A stretch of DNA of 64,000 nt from a virus (taxonomy: Duplodnaviria; Caudoviricetes), in the IMG/VR virus record IMGVR_UViG_3300035498_000877, positions 192,001 to 256,000 of that record; one strand, given 5' to 3'. The first letter of the stretch is position 1. Each line of letters opens with the position of its first letter. A model generated the notes under the pieces. It was not told the DNA's origin. It saw nothing but the letters and a program-made list of their open reading frames with translations, and ran no database searches. The position numbers were made by a program, and so were the translations under genes. Shown piece after piece: positions 39,895-51,680 of this stretch.

Positions 39895-40755
39895 ATGGAT
39901 AATAGTTTAGATACATTATGCTATATTCATGAGCAGACTTCTTATATGGAAGACTATAAAGATAGTTTCGGATATGAAGTACATGAAACTGGTCCTAATA
40001 GATTTTATGTAACATTCCCAGCTGTATTGCAATCATTTGATGTTATGAATAGAAATGGTAGATCCTATGATGCCAATAATATTATGGAATGTATTAATAC
40101 AGATGATCAGATTCAGTCTATGTTAAGACAGAATTCATGGATGGGTGAGATTGATCATCCGGCAGCTGAGAAAAAAGGTGAGGAATTAACAGTTAATAGA
40201 ATTGCTAATCCCGATCTTAAAAAGACATCTCATTATATTAGAAAACCAGTGTTAAATGGAAATCTTTTGGAAGCAAATATCCAGACAGATTCTTCTAATG
40301 AGAATGGAATGAATATGGCAATTAAAATTGTTGATGGTAAAATAGTACCGTGTTTTAGTGCACGTATATTAGGATCATTAAGAAATGTAATGGGTAAACC
40401 AGTAGTACATGTAAACAAATTGGTTACATATGATTGGGTTCTATATCCATCACATAAAGAAGCAATGGCTAAGATACATCAACCATTGATGGAATCAGTT
40501 AATACTATAAAAGATTATGCTGGCAAGCAAATTATATTCTTGAAAGAATTAGCACACATGGCTGCTAATAATTCTAAAGAGACAGAATGGTTATGTGAGT
40601 CTTTTAATTTAACTATTGATGATGTGGTTGGGCTAACATCAACTGGTGATTCAGTAGTTATTCAAGAATCAGGAAATGTGTATATTCAGCCTATTACAGA
40701 TAAGGCAGTTAGAACAAAAACACAACGTGGATTGAGTGATTGGTTAAACCAGTAA
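39895..40755 (+). CDS. prohead core protease (T4 gp21 / peptidase S77 family)
   Basis: NRNGRSY, GEIDHP, FSAR, TYDWV.YPS. Confidence 0.85.
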   Translation: MDNSLDTLCYIHEQTSYMEDYKDSFGYEVHETGPNRFYVTFPAVLQSFDVMNRNGRSYDANNIMECINTDDQIQSMLRQNSWMGEIDHPAAEKKGEELTVNRIANPDLKKTSHYIRKPVLNGNLLEANIQTDSSNENGMNMAIKIVDGKIVPCFSARILGSLRNVMGKPVVHVNKLVTYDWVLYPSHKEAMAKIHQPLMESVNTIKDYAGKQIIFLKELAHMAANNSKETEWLCESFNLTIDDVVGLTSTGDSVVIQESGNVYIQPITDKAVRTKTQRGLSDWLNQ

Positions 40756-40901
40756 AATGATTGGGAGGATTGATTCCTCCCAATCGTATGTTTCCATTTT
40801 TCATTAATATATTCTAATAATGTAATAAGATAAGAGTAAGTTATCATTATTATATAAAAACTGAATATAATATATTAAAATTATCTAAGGAGGATATTAA
40901 A

Positions 40902-41501
40902 ATGAGTAAGAAAATTATTAATCAGGTAGAAACAAACTTAGTGGTAGATGCAAATGAAATGCTGAATGGTGATGGAAATCGTCTTGTTAGTGTTACTGGA
41001 ACATTAGCAGTTGATGCTTTCCTTACTCCAGGAGGATATGCAACATTATCTAGCATAATTTACACATCAGAAAAAGGATCAATAGTTGATTTAGCAATCG
41101 CTAATAATATTGATCTAAATGTATTATCTGATAAAATTGTTAATGTATGGATGGCAGCAAACTATGAGCAATGCAATGATAATTGTAATATTACCAGTCA
41201 TGGATATACATTTAAGCAGGATGATGTAGTAATAAACATCGGTAGATTCCTGGATCTTAAATGGGTACCAGCTAAAATCTTTGAAGGGAAAGTTGAAGGA
41301 GATCATATACAAATGAAAGTCCATAATAATAATTCTATTCTTAGATTTTATAAAGAATCAGATTTAGAAAGGACACATTGGAATGAGAAACCATGCAAGA
41401 TTGATATCACTATTGATATGTTATTACATCAGCGTGATTACCGATATGCAGAACTTGGAAACTTTGAAGATGCTTTCAATATGGCATGCCATATTGAATA
41501 A
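40902..41501 (+). CDS. hypothetical early protein
   Basis: promoter motif 40807-40815; AAGGAGG RBS. Confidence 0.7.
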   Translation: MSKKIINQVETNLVVDANEMLNGDGNRLVSVTGTLAVDAFLTPGGYATLSSIIYTSEKGSIVDLAIANNIDLNVLSDKIVNVWMAANYEQCNDNCNITSHGYTFKQDDVVINIGRFLDLKWVPAKIFEGKVEGDHIQMKVHNNNSILRFYKESDLERTHWNEKPCKIDITIDMLLHQRDYRYAELGNFEDAFNMACHIE

Positions 41502-41514
41502 TGAAGGAGGTATA

Positions 41515-42021
41515 ATGATGTATAAGGATGGACCAAATACCAATATTGAGATAATTGAAAGTATTGCATCTTTTACACCAGATATCTATGACAAATTATC
41601 ATACCCTACTACTGGAGAAATAGAATTGTTATATCCAGCATTATATGATCATGTTATATATGACAGATTTGGAATTACAAATGACAATGAATGCATGTTG
41701 TATTATAATTATAAAACTATAAAGATTGTGATGAATGATCGATATAGAATATTTAATCATTATCAGTGTGCATTTATAAATCAGCTAATCTCCCAAGATT
41801 GCGGAGATGATGGTTTGTTATCAGATATAGGAAATCTTTCTGCAGAAGCAGATATTGATAGGATGGGACTCGAAATGAAAATCAAATATTTATTTAATCA
41901 AATGAAAGATCATAAGATATCATTTCAAGTTGTAACATATAAATTATATACCATTTATAATTATCTATATGATGGCAGCGATAAGATCTTATATGATAAG
42001 CTGCCATTATATAAAAATTAA
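41515..42021 (+). CDS. YPT/NHYQC family paralogue 1
   Basis: LSYPT..EI..LYPALYDH, NHYQCAF, DGLL, HKISF. Confidence 0.75.
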   Translation: MMYKDGPNTNIEIIESIASFTPDIYDKLSYPTTGEIELLYPALYDHVIYDRFGITNDNECMLYYNYKTIKIVMNDRYRIFNHYQCAFINQLISQDCGDDGLLSDIGNLSAEADIDRMGLEMKIKYLFNQMKDHKISFQVVTYKLYTIYNYLYDGSDKILYDKLPLYKN

Positions 42022-42034
42022 GGAGGAAAACAAA

Positions 42035-42226
42035 ATGAAGAAAACATTGGAAAATATTAAAAATGCAGTTGCGATAGTAATTATTATAGGATGCTTTATG
42101 AAAGGTTTATATGAGTTCGAGAAAACCATAATGTATGCAGGATTTACAATGATTAACAAGACCGAACAAATGTTCACTAGAACATGGAACAATATAAGAC
42201 TAAGGAAAGATAGGAAGAGAGCATAA
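42035..42226 (+). CDS. small membrane protein
   Basis: AGGAGG RBS; AVAIVIIIGCF. Confidence 0.65.
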   Translation: MKKTLENIKNAVAIVIIIGCFMKGLYEFEKTIMYAGFTMINKTEQMFTRTWNNIRLRKDRKRA

Positions 42227-42246
42227 CAGCTCTCTTCCTTTTCTTA

Positions 42247-42537
42247 TTATGCTAATAAGATATCAATTTTATTTTTTGATATTTCATATCCATTATAATT
42301 CCACATATATGCATTATCACGAAATGCTTCTGGAACATACTCTTCTGTAATTCTATTTTTTATTGCATCTACTTTTTTAGTTATTTCAACTAAATTCTTT
42401 TCAGCTAAATCATATTTATCTGTACCAATCAAATTAGTGGCAATTGATTGACGTACTGATTGTGTTGTCAATAAATCTGATAATTCTTTAGCTAATTCAT
42501 CTGGTATTTCAAAATCAGATATAATATTATTTCCCAT
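42247..42537 (-). CDS. hypothetical protein
   Basis: AGGAGG RBS. Confidence 0.7.
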   Translation of the reverse strand: MGNNIISDFEIPDELAKELSDLLTTQSVRQSIATNLIGTDKYDLAEKNLVEITKKVDAIKNRITEEYVPEAFRDNAYMWNYNGYEISKNKIDILLA

Positions 42538-42591
42538 ATAAATAATTCCTCCTAAAAATAAATTTTATTGATTATAGTTTATCTGTAGTAT

Positions 42592-45500
42592 TTATTTAAA
42601 TTTTATTTCATCTTTTATTTTTCTTTTAAGCTCTATCATTACTTTCATTGCAGCACTAATTGCTAAAGAACTTCCAGTCATGCGGCGCGCTATGGTTCCA
42701 GGCGAAGTGAGAACGCTGATTTCTTCATCTGGTCTAAATTCAGAATATGGTTCATATCCTTTTGGTATTACTTCAGATATGATTTGTTTATTCGGACCAT
42801 ATAAAGCAACTTTATCTCCAACACCCATAACATCAGAATGTTCAATATAAATTTCAATTAGTACATCAATTCCTTTATTGCCTTTAATTGAATTATATTT
42901 ATCTTTAACTGGCTCAGTAGAATCTTTGATAAAGTATCCTGCTTTATAAACATCACTATCTCCACTATCAAACTGAGATAGATATTCTTTTTTTGCGGTT
43001 CCCTTATCAAAGTATGATTGTACTATATTACCCAATGATGGTGACAATTGCTCTGGTTGTAATAATGAATATACTTTAATATCTATTACTTTACCAGCAT
43101 GATGGGCTTTAATATCATTACGTGTTTCTTCTTTAAGTAACTCTGCATTCTGGTCATTCAATTTATTTAAATAATCATTTAAAGCATCATCTTGCACAGA
43201 AGCATCAAACTTAATTAAAGAATCACCTATGTTAACATGATCACCTATCTTCACCATATCAAGTATATTATTATGTCTCTTAAATTTACCTAATTCTTGA
43301 TATACTATAAGAGTAGACATTCTTTCTGATAATTGCTCTGTACATATACCAGCATCTTCATATGTATTATATGTAGACATAAATGCTACTTTACATATTG
43401 GACCTATTGCATATCTTAAACCATTCATCTTAGAATATTTAAAATATTTATCATGATAAGCTAAAGGTTCATCCTTTTTAAATGTTTGACCTACCTTAGT
43501 ATTTACTAATGTAAGATTATTAGCTAAAAAGAAAGCACTGCTAGAGTTCTTTACTATTTCTGGATTAGTAGTAATAGCTTGTGTCTTACCGGATTTATAT
43601 TGTACTACTATAAATCCCATGTCTTTATTTACATCTATTACTTTACCATCTTCCTCAGCATTAATTACAAAGTCTGAAGATAAATTAAATTGAACAGCTT
43701 CATCATATCCATTAGAAATTAATGCTGGAGCTGCATCTTTAACAGGTACCACATGGGCGCTTTGCTTACACGCTCGTATATATTGCTATACGACATATAT
43801 GTTTAATATATGACTGACTATATCTTTATATCATATTCTGTTACCAAATATGATATACTGTACGTTTCGCTATTTAAGCTACTCTACTCACTTCTTCATA
43901 TAGATATTTCTTCTATACTATGTTTTCGATAGTCGATGGATGTTAATCTGATATCAGATTAATAACTGCGGATTGACCATATATCTTTAACCTTTTTACC
44001 ATACATGAGTAGTTACTTCATCCGCTATCTATGTCACCATGATAGTTTGGTAGTTAAAGCTCTTAGGCACCCAGTATTATCTAGATCACACATTTGTTTT
44101 GATTCGCATATTGTGTGCTTCCCCGCATTATGTACAGTTTAACGTCGACAACAGTAAGCAATTTTAATTTATCGACGTGCGAATTGGATCATCGTTACGT
44201 GCAGTTCCTGGGGTTAGAAGTTCTACTGGTGAAAATATATTTATATCCTGTAATGAATCAATATCATCTACAGGATCTCTATATCCCATTGCATTTGTTA
44301 TTGTAGGTTCTACTACAAGACTTCTATTAACTCCAACATTAGCATCAGCCGATGTCGATATTGCTAATTTACCAACTGCAGATGGATCATAAGATCTCTT
44401 CTCTTTATCATATGAATAATCTGAGTTACTTCCTTTATAACCCTTAGTAGATATTGTACTTACTTTAGAAACTTCTACTACAGGATTTAATGTTGAATAT
44501 GCTTCTACTGTCTTCTCTTTTATTAATGTACTGATAACACAATTTTGTTTTAGTGTCATTGGTATCCTGCCACCACTGTTAACATGTGCCTTATATTGAT
44601 TAGCAATACATGAATATAGAATAGCAGGAATCATCTCTATACTACGAAGACGATATGAATTATCACAAGCTTTAGATACATATTTATTATCTGATAATAA
44701 CTTAACAGCATGAATCATTAATCCAACTGAATCATCAGGAAGATTTGTATCCTTACATACTTTCTTTGTTATTGGATCAACTAAGAATTCATAGAAACAT
44801 TTAATCTCAGAAATAATTTTATATGTACCATATTCGCTGAATATGAAATCATCATAACTTTCTTCTGTATCAAACTGTTCAAAAGTGAATCTTTCTGGTT
44901 TAACTTTCTTTAATCCATTCAATATTAATTCAGCAAATGTTTGCGCTTGATATTCTAGTATGCCATTACTGAATCTAATATACTTGATAGCAGAAGTATC
45001 CTGAGGAGCTCGTTTCATATCAGGATGGAATTTCCAACTAATATTCATTCTATCCAATGTCTTACTGAGCCCTTGCCATATCATAAATATTACAACAATT
45101 GGAACTTCTTGGCCTGCCATCTTTGCTTGTACATACATAGCTTGTTTGCTTCCTTTGATGGAATTAAATAATTTCTGATCTTCATCTGATAAATTCTCTA
45201 CAATAATATCAACTATTGTTCTACCATTTCTGTCCAATCCAGTATCTTCATTCATCAATATAGGAATCTTTCCATCTGTTCCAATAAAGAACTCATTACC
45301 TTTAATCTCTTTAGGTATTTGATCTGATAAATTATCATTGATATAGTCTCTAGAGAAATATAATTCACAATCATTATTTTTGAATTTAAATATTCTCTTA
45401 GATAATTCATCATATTCAATAGTAGAAATATATTTCATATTTCCTTTAGTAGAATCTCCACTAGTAAACATATTAGCAGTTGCTGATTTCTTCATCAATG

Positions 45501-47466
45501 ATAATACTCTTTCAATAGAAGAAAGTGATTTAGTAGCTACTCTAGTAACAGTTACTTTGTTATAGTTGGTTGTGACTATTACTGTATCAGGAGTATCCTT
45601 TACTAATGGATTATAAAAATTCTGTTTCAATATAATCCACTTAGTTCCATTAATATACATAAATCTATTATCTTGGAACTTAGGAATATCTACTTTCATA
45701 TTATATTTCTTCTTTTCATTGTTAGTGATTGTAACTGTCCATGTTTCTTTTAGATTAAGAGAATCAGAAGAATCTTTAATATCAATATTAGTAATATAGA
45801 AAGAATTCTCTTTATCTTTGAGCATATCAAAACATTCAACTAGTTGCGGCACATATAATTCATCAAGATATGTTTTTTCAAAGTTAGCAAATTTAGTAGT
45901 AGTCATATTCTTATTAGAAGTATGCATTACTTTAGATTTATCACTAGTCTGTATTGGAACTCTGGTAGTATCCATTGATAATATCTCTTCTACTGTAGAA
46001 TTTTTAACTACTACTTTCTTTTGCTCTTCTCTTAACTTCTGATCTCTTTCACTATTAGCTGATATTATCTTATTATCTTTCTTAGGAGCATTATTAGATT
46101 GAATCTCATCTAATATTTCTTCTTTTACTTCATCATCATTTAATAGTACATCTTCAGCACCATTACTAATAGCATCTTCTTCGTCTTCCAATTCCTCTTT
46201 AGTAATAAGATCATCTTCTTCATCTATATCATTATCTTGATCATCATCAATCATAATGCTAGTACGCTGTTGTAATGGTTCATATCCAGATATAGCTTTG
46301 AATAATCTCTTCTGTTTATCAGTTATATTATCACTAGCAGGATTAATTCTAGTAATTGGTTTATCCAAATTCTTAGTAAATATATTATCATCTTTCTTTT
46401 TATCAGGAGTAAAACTTCTTCCTGATATTTGTTTCTGAGTATCTTTAATCTCATCATCAATTTTATCAATCTTAGATATCTTCTCTTTTAATTTATTCTC
46501 AACAGCATTTGCTACAGTAACTTTTACATTCGGAGATGATAGTTTTGTATATGGAGCTACTGTATCTTTTACTATTGAAGATATAGTTATATCTTTTGAT
46601 GTTGGATCAATTTCTTCTTGCTCTTCTTTAGATAATGATTTTGTATAATCATCAAGATTAGCATTCATTATTCTAAATAAAGCAATCTTAAATTTATTCC
46701 ATTGACTTGCATCAGTAATCTTAGCAGGATTAAATTTCATAAACATTCTACTTGAATAAACAAGCATATCCATATCTACCTGTAATGTAGCTAATGATCT
46801 AGTTCTCATATATGCTAAGTACATTAGATACAAAGGATTTGTTTTATTGTCTTTCAATGATGAATCCTGACTAAATGCAAATCTATCACTGTCTATAATC
46901 ATAATACGGTGATTATCATCATTACCTTTATACTTATCTAATGGCTCTGGTGTATACTCAGATAATATTGAATTTAATTCTTTCCAGAATGATGTATAAT
47001 TTATTTTGGCAGAAAATTTATTCATAATAGGCTGAGCTTTACTATATATATCCGATAGACAGAAAAATACATTTTCTCCTGTATTTGGTATTGTCTTAGT
47101 AGCTACAGGTTTCGTTGTAGTACGTGACTTAATTTCTTTTGATCTTGATGATGATTCTTTCTTCACATTAAAGAATAATCTTCTACCCATAAATCTTCTA
47201 CTTACAATCCATGGATAATAAAATCTTCGATATGATGGTGGTGATACAAATTTCTTATTTGCTATCATACTTAATGCTGAATCGAATGTATCAGTTAATA
47301 GATATATGATATTTCCTTTCCCATCAGGTAATCTGACTTGATTTGCATAAAGTTTATTGAAATCCGTTTTACCATATCTGAAAGCTTCATTATAATATGA
47401 ACCTTCAATTGAATTGAGATAATAAACTCCATAATCTAAATTTTCAAATAATACTTCATCAGTCAT
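42592..47466 (-). CDS. phage multisubunit RNA polymerase beta-like subunit (probably virion RNAP), spliced (exons 47466-44171 and 43774-42592; 1492 aa)
   Basis: beta motifs FMYINGTK, RSYDPSAVGK...ANVG, DDPIRTSI|ACKQSAHVVP (cf. DDANRALMGSNMQRQAVP), YNTYEDA, GDKVALYGPNK, PGTIARRM; long N-terminal extension. Confidence 0.88.
43775..44170 (-). mobile_element. group I intron in RNAP beta gene (396 nt, no ORF)
   Basis: P1: exon ACGUCGAU pairs GUCGACGU with U-G; P3 CUGUAC/GUACAG; AAUGCGGGGA, AAUCCGCAG, CGACUAUCG, AAGAUAUAGUC; terminal G; splicing joins AT+A = Ile in frame. Confidence 0.92.
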
Positions 47467-47639
47467 CTATTCATCGTTCCTTTCTTATAATTTTGAAATT
47501 ACATTTAAGAGCTTGTGAGTCAGTTATGATTAAACTATTTTATAATGTAATATAAAGTAACATTTTTATCTGAACTAATTATAGATATATTACAAAATTT
47601 CATATTTAAAAAATTTCAATATTGAAAGGAGAAATTATT

Positions 47640-48638
47640 ATGGCAAAAAAGTATACTGGCTCCCAAGCCTTGTTAACATTTATGCAGATTGTCCAGGCAG
47701 AACTTGGTAAAAAAGTTTCTATTGCTGATTTGTTAACATCACTTGAGAATTATGATTCAACTAATGATGCGAACAAAGCAGTTGCAGCTTCAGTTATAGT
47801 AGAATTGAAGACAACTCTTGATTCATTCGTGGATGAAGATGGAAAAGTAACTGCTGACTTTATTGGAGATCTTACTGTTGACGATATTGTTAAGACAGCT
47901 GATGTTGTTGGTTCACTTGATGATATCACCGATGACAATAAGGACACAGCTATAGTATCTGGATCTGTAGCAAAAGAACTCGATGGCAAGATTGATGATA
48001 TTTTATCTACTATTTCTGGTATCACAGGTGATGAAGGTAAAGTTGCAACATCTGAAGATGCTGAGAAGTTAGGTGGTCAGGAAGCATCTTACTATGCATC
48101 AGCCGAATCTGTAACTGCAGTTTCAGATAAGGTAGATGAGCTTTCTAAGACAGTTGAAGAAACATACGAAACAAAAGATGAAGCGAAAGCTATTGCTGAT
48201 GATGTTGCTGAAATTAAGAAAGATTATGCTACTTCAGCTGCTGTTGCAGAGACATATGCTACAAAGCAATCTGTATCTGATCTCTCTGATACTGTTGATT
48301 CAGTTAAAGATAATTATGTAACAAAATCTTCAATCCTTGATTCAAATGGACTAATTGATTCTACAGTACTTCCTTCATATGTAGATGATGTTGTTGAAGG
48401 TTACCTTGTAACTGGTGATGACAGCTCTCTTACATTCTATGAAGATGCAGAGCACACAACTGCTATTACTGGCGAGCGTGGAAAGATCTATATTGATATC
48501 ACTGAAGGATCTAATAGATCTTATAGATTCTCAGGATCTACTTATGTTGAAATTACATCAACAGATATGGTAGAGCTTACCTCTGATGAAATTCAGGCTA
48601 TTTGGGATGAAGTTGCAGCTGAAGATAGTGATTCTTAA
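47640..48638 (+). CDS. probable virion fibre / decoration protein
   Basis: DAEKLGG and LPSYVDDVVEGY...GERGKIYID...YRFSGSTYVEI motifs typical of phage fibre proteins. Confidence 0.6.
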   Translation: MAKKYTGSQALLTFMQIVQAELGKKVSIADLLTSLENYDSTNDANKAVAASVIVELKTTLDSFVDEDGKVTADFIGDLTVDDIVKTADVVGSLDDITDDNKDTAIVSGSVAKELDGKIDDILSTISGITGDEGKVATSEDAEKLGGQEASYYASAESVTAVSDKVDELSKTVEETYETKDEAKAIADDVAEIKKDYATSAAVAETYATKQSVSDLSDTVDSVKDNYVTKSSILDSNGLIDSTVLPSYVDDVVEGYLVTGDDSSLTFYEDAEHTTAITGERGKIYIDITEGSNRSYRFSGSTYVEITSTDMVELTSDEIQAIWDEVAAEDSDS

Positions 48639-48827
48639 TAGATTACTTGATTCAACTAATTTATCTTATGTAACGTATTAATTAGAACAAATAAAAAATT
48701 ACTCTTATGCCTATTATAGAAGAGAGGGTTACCCACCCTCTCTTCATTTTTCTTTTGTATTTTAAATATATATTATTTATATAAGAAGCAACAATTAAAA
48801 TATTAAAAGAAAGGAAGTTAAAAATAT

Positions 48828-50252
48828 ATGGCAAAAAATTATGGTAGTCTTGAATCACTGTACAAAGAATTCTTAGATAATGATGACAACCATGATTCGT
48901 ATTTAATGAATAATGGTAGTGATTGGAGGAATGATGAGGACGCTGTATCTTTTATGACTGAAGAAGATTTAGCCAAGATACATAATAAAGAAGAAGAACT
49001 TGGATTGAAGCCAGATAACAAATCTAAGGTTACTGGTACTGGTAATGAATCACATTTTAAGATTTATAATAAAAGAAGAGTTCATAAGTATACAGATGCA
49101 GAAATGGAAGCAATGAAAAAATCATGTGAGGCTACAATTGTAAATGATTATGGTGAAAATGATTTCTTCCATATGTCTGATGAGGAACGTGAACGTATTG
49201 ATATAATGTCAGAGATTGCAAATGAACTTGCACAGGTTAGAACTATATATAGAAAACCTGATAAGTATGTAACAGCAATGAGATCTGTAATGAGAGCATG
49301 GTCTATTCTAGAAAAAGGAAATTATCTTCATTCAAAGAAAGAATTCTATGAATTAGTATCATCTGGTAATATATATTCAAATAGAATTATTATGCCCAAG
49401 CTAAAGAATATTGATGGTTTCAATACAGATGTAATAGCTGAGTATATCTACAACACTGATTTAGACCCAGATGATCTTGTTAAAGATGAAGCTAAAAATG
49501 ATTTTGATTCATGGTTTAATGATTTTGAAAATGAGGAGGAAGAAACGCCGGAAGAGAAGTTGGAACGATTATTATCTCCAGAAGAGATTGAGTATATTGA
49601 TGGTAAACTCAATACTGAAGAAAATGAGAAAATGGTTCCAGTGCAAAATCTAGAAAAGAAATATATTAAGAATTATGATCAGAAATCTTTTAGATTCAAT
49701 ATTAAGAAAAAGAAGAAAAATACTGATTCAAAATTTGAGAAACGTATTAAAGATGTCAATCATAAGATGCTTAATAGATTACAAAGTGAAACAATTAGAC
49801 TTGCTAATTCATATGATCTCAATAGAAGTTATTTATTATCAAATAGCATATTTGATGCAGAGAAGAAGAAAGAATCTAATCTTGATAAAGTCAGGTTTAA
49901 TGGTGACTGGACAAAAGATGATGATGTTGAATTATATGAATTACAACTTCTTGGTGCATGGCTTGATGATAGAAGCCAAGAAAATAAATTTAAATTGAAT
50001 TCTGATATCATGCTTGATAATTTCTTCAAAGATATGGAGAACCAAGGAATGAATGTTATTAAACTCAGAAGAGCTATGGGACATGATGATGATTCATTAA
50101 CTAATGAAACTAAATTAAGAAAGATTAAGACCAATAAGAAATTAGAGGCAGCAATTATACAAAGGATTACAAAGCTTAATAATAATGATAAGTTTAAGAA
50201 GCTTGTAAAGAAAGTAGAAAAGGGAATTAATAAAGGATATGAAGATGACTAA
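48828..50252 (+). CDS. hypothetical protein
   Basis: 474 aa; promoter motif 48768-48776. Confidence 0.7.
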   Translation: MAKNYGSLESLYKEFLDNDDNHDSYLMNNGSDWRNDEDAVSFMTEEDLAKIHNKEEELGLKPDNKSKVTGTGNESHFKIYNKRRVHKYTDAEMEAMKKSCEATIVNDYGENDFFHMSDEERERIDIMSEIANELAQVRTIYRKPDKYVTAMRSVMRAWSILEKGNYLHSKKEFYELVSSGNIYSNRIIMPKLKNIDGFNTDVIAEYIYNTDLDPDDLVKDEAKNDFDSWFNDFENEEEETPEEKLERLLSPEEIEYIDGKLNTEENEKMVPVQNLEKKYIKNYDQKSFRFNIKKKKKNTDSKFEKRIKDVNHKMLNRLQSETIRLANSYDLNRSYLLSNSIFDAEKKKESNLDKVRFNGDWTKDDDVELYELQLLGAWLDDRSQENKFKLNSDIMLDNFFKDMENQGMNVIKLRRAMGHDDDSLTNETKLRKIKTNKKLEAAIIQRITKLNNNDKFKKLVKKVEKGINKGYEDD

Positions 50253-50287
50253 ATAAAATAATATTAAAAAGAAAGGAAAAATAAAAT

Positions 50288-50881
50288 ATGAAAATAACAA
50301 TGCCGGTAGAAATATATACTGATGGATCATGTCTAAGAAATCCAGGTGGTGTAGGTGGACTAGCTTATATCATTCGGTATTACGAGGATTGTGGAGTAGA
50401 TCAGATGCCAAAAGAACATACTATTGAATTTAACCAGGGATATCGATCTACTACTAATAATAGAATGGAAGTAATGGCTTTTATTCTAGCTTGTAAGTGC
50501 CTCATTAATAAAGTTGAAACAAAAGAGTTTGAGAATGTTAGACAAATAAATGCTTGGTCTGATTCAGAGTACTTTGTTAATCCTATAAATAAGAAATGGA
50601 TCAATAAATGGGAAGAAAATAACTGGATGACTTCAGGATTCAAAGGAAGCAAACCTACTGATATAAAGAATAAAGATTTATGGGTACAGATTATAGATCT
50701 TCAGAAACAACTTAAGGCAATGGGCATTATATTAAACATATCTCATGTTAAAGGACATAATGGAGATGAGTTTAATGAAAAATGTGATAAATTAGCTGTA
50801 GCTGCATCCAATGGAACAACATTTGTAATAGATGAAATGTATGAGAAGACAACTAATATTGCAAATGTTAGAAATTGGTAA
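50288..50881 (+). CDS. rnhA: ribonuclease HI
   Basis: IYTDGS..NPG, TTNNRME, SDSEY, KNKDLW, HVKGH...NEKCDKLA. Confidence 0.92.
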   Translation: MKITMPVEIYTDGSCLRNPGGVGGLAYIIRYYEDCGVDQMPKEHTIEFNQGYRSTTNNRMEVMAFILACKCLINKVETKEFENVRQINAWSDSEYFVNPINKKWINKWEENNWMTSGFKGSKPTDIKNKDLWVQIIDLQKQLKAMGIILNISHVKGHNGDEFNEKCDKLAVAASNGTTFVIDEMYEKTTNIANVRNW

Positions 50882-50895
50882 AAGGAGTGATTTAT

Positions 50896-51042
50896 ATGAG
50901 TTATGATGATCTAACTTTATTACCATGCATAAATGGAGTAACTGTATATGGTGATAAAAAGTTTGAAGATTATGGATTAATTCCATTAAACTCAGATGAA
51001 ATTACAGCATTAGAATTAGAAGTATTTGGTTATGTACTATAA
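50896..51042 (+). CDS. small protein, 48 aa (not in ORF track)
   Basis: AAAGGAG RBS; MSYDDLTLLPCINGVTVYGDKKFEDYGL...; terminator directly after. Confidence 0.65.
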   Translation: MSYDDLTLLPCINGVTVYGDKKFEDYGLIPLNSDEITALELEVFGYVL

Positions 51043-51044
51043 CA

Positions 51045-51090
51045 GTATATCCCTAGGAATTTTCCTAGGGATATACATTTTTATTTTTCT
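51045..51090 (+). terminator. intrinsic terminator
   Basis: 15-bp inverted repeat GTATATCCCTAGGAA/TTCCTAGGGATATAC then T-run. Confidence 0.8.
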
Positions 51091-51167
51091 ATGTTCGAGA
51101 AAATTTAAAAATATTTTTTTCGTGTCAATATAATAAATCTAAAAAATTTGAAAGGAGTAATAATTTA

Positions 51168-51680
51168 ATGAACTACCATAATATTACAAAAAATGACATG
51201 AAGAATGGACCTGGATTAAGAGTAGTTCTATGGTTAGCTGGATGTGATCATCATTGTAAAGGATGTCATAATAAAGTAACATGGGATCCAAATGATGGTA
51301 TTTTATTTGATGAAGCAGCTAAAGAAGAATTATTCAAATATCTAGATCAAGATCATATATCAGGATTAACATTGTCTGGAGGAGATCCTTTACACATAGC
51401 AAATGCAGTCGACGTATTAAATCTATTATCTGAAGTAAAAGAAAAATTTCCAAATAAAACAATTTGGCTTTATACTGGATATACTATTGAATATATTCAA
51501 CAAAATAAATTATTATCTGATGTATTGCAGTATATAGATGTATTAGTAGATGGAGAATTTGTAGAAGAATTAAAAGATGTAAATTATCACTGGGCTGGCT
51601 CAACAAATCAGCGAGTGATTAATATAAAAGAAACTTTAAAGAAAGGAAGTATAATTGTATATGAAAACACAAATATTTGA
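51168..51680 (+). CDS. nrdG: anaerobic ribonucleotide reductase activating protein (radical SAM)
   Basis: NGPGLRVVLW, CDHHCKGC, SGGDP, DVLVDG.F, GSTNQR. Confidence 0.93.
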   Translation: MNYHNITKNDMKNGPGLRVVLWLAGCDHHCKGCHNKVTWDPNDGILFDEAAKEELFKYLDQDHISGLTLSGGDPLHIANAVDVLNLLSEVKEKFPNKTIWLYTGYTIEYIQQNKLLSDVLQYIDVLVDGEFVEELKDVNYHWAGSTNQRVINIKETLKKGSIIVYENTNI

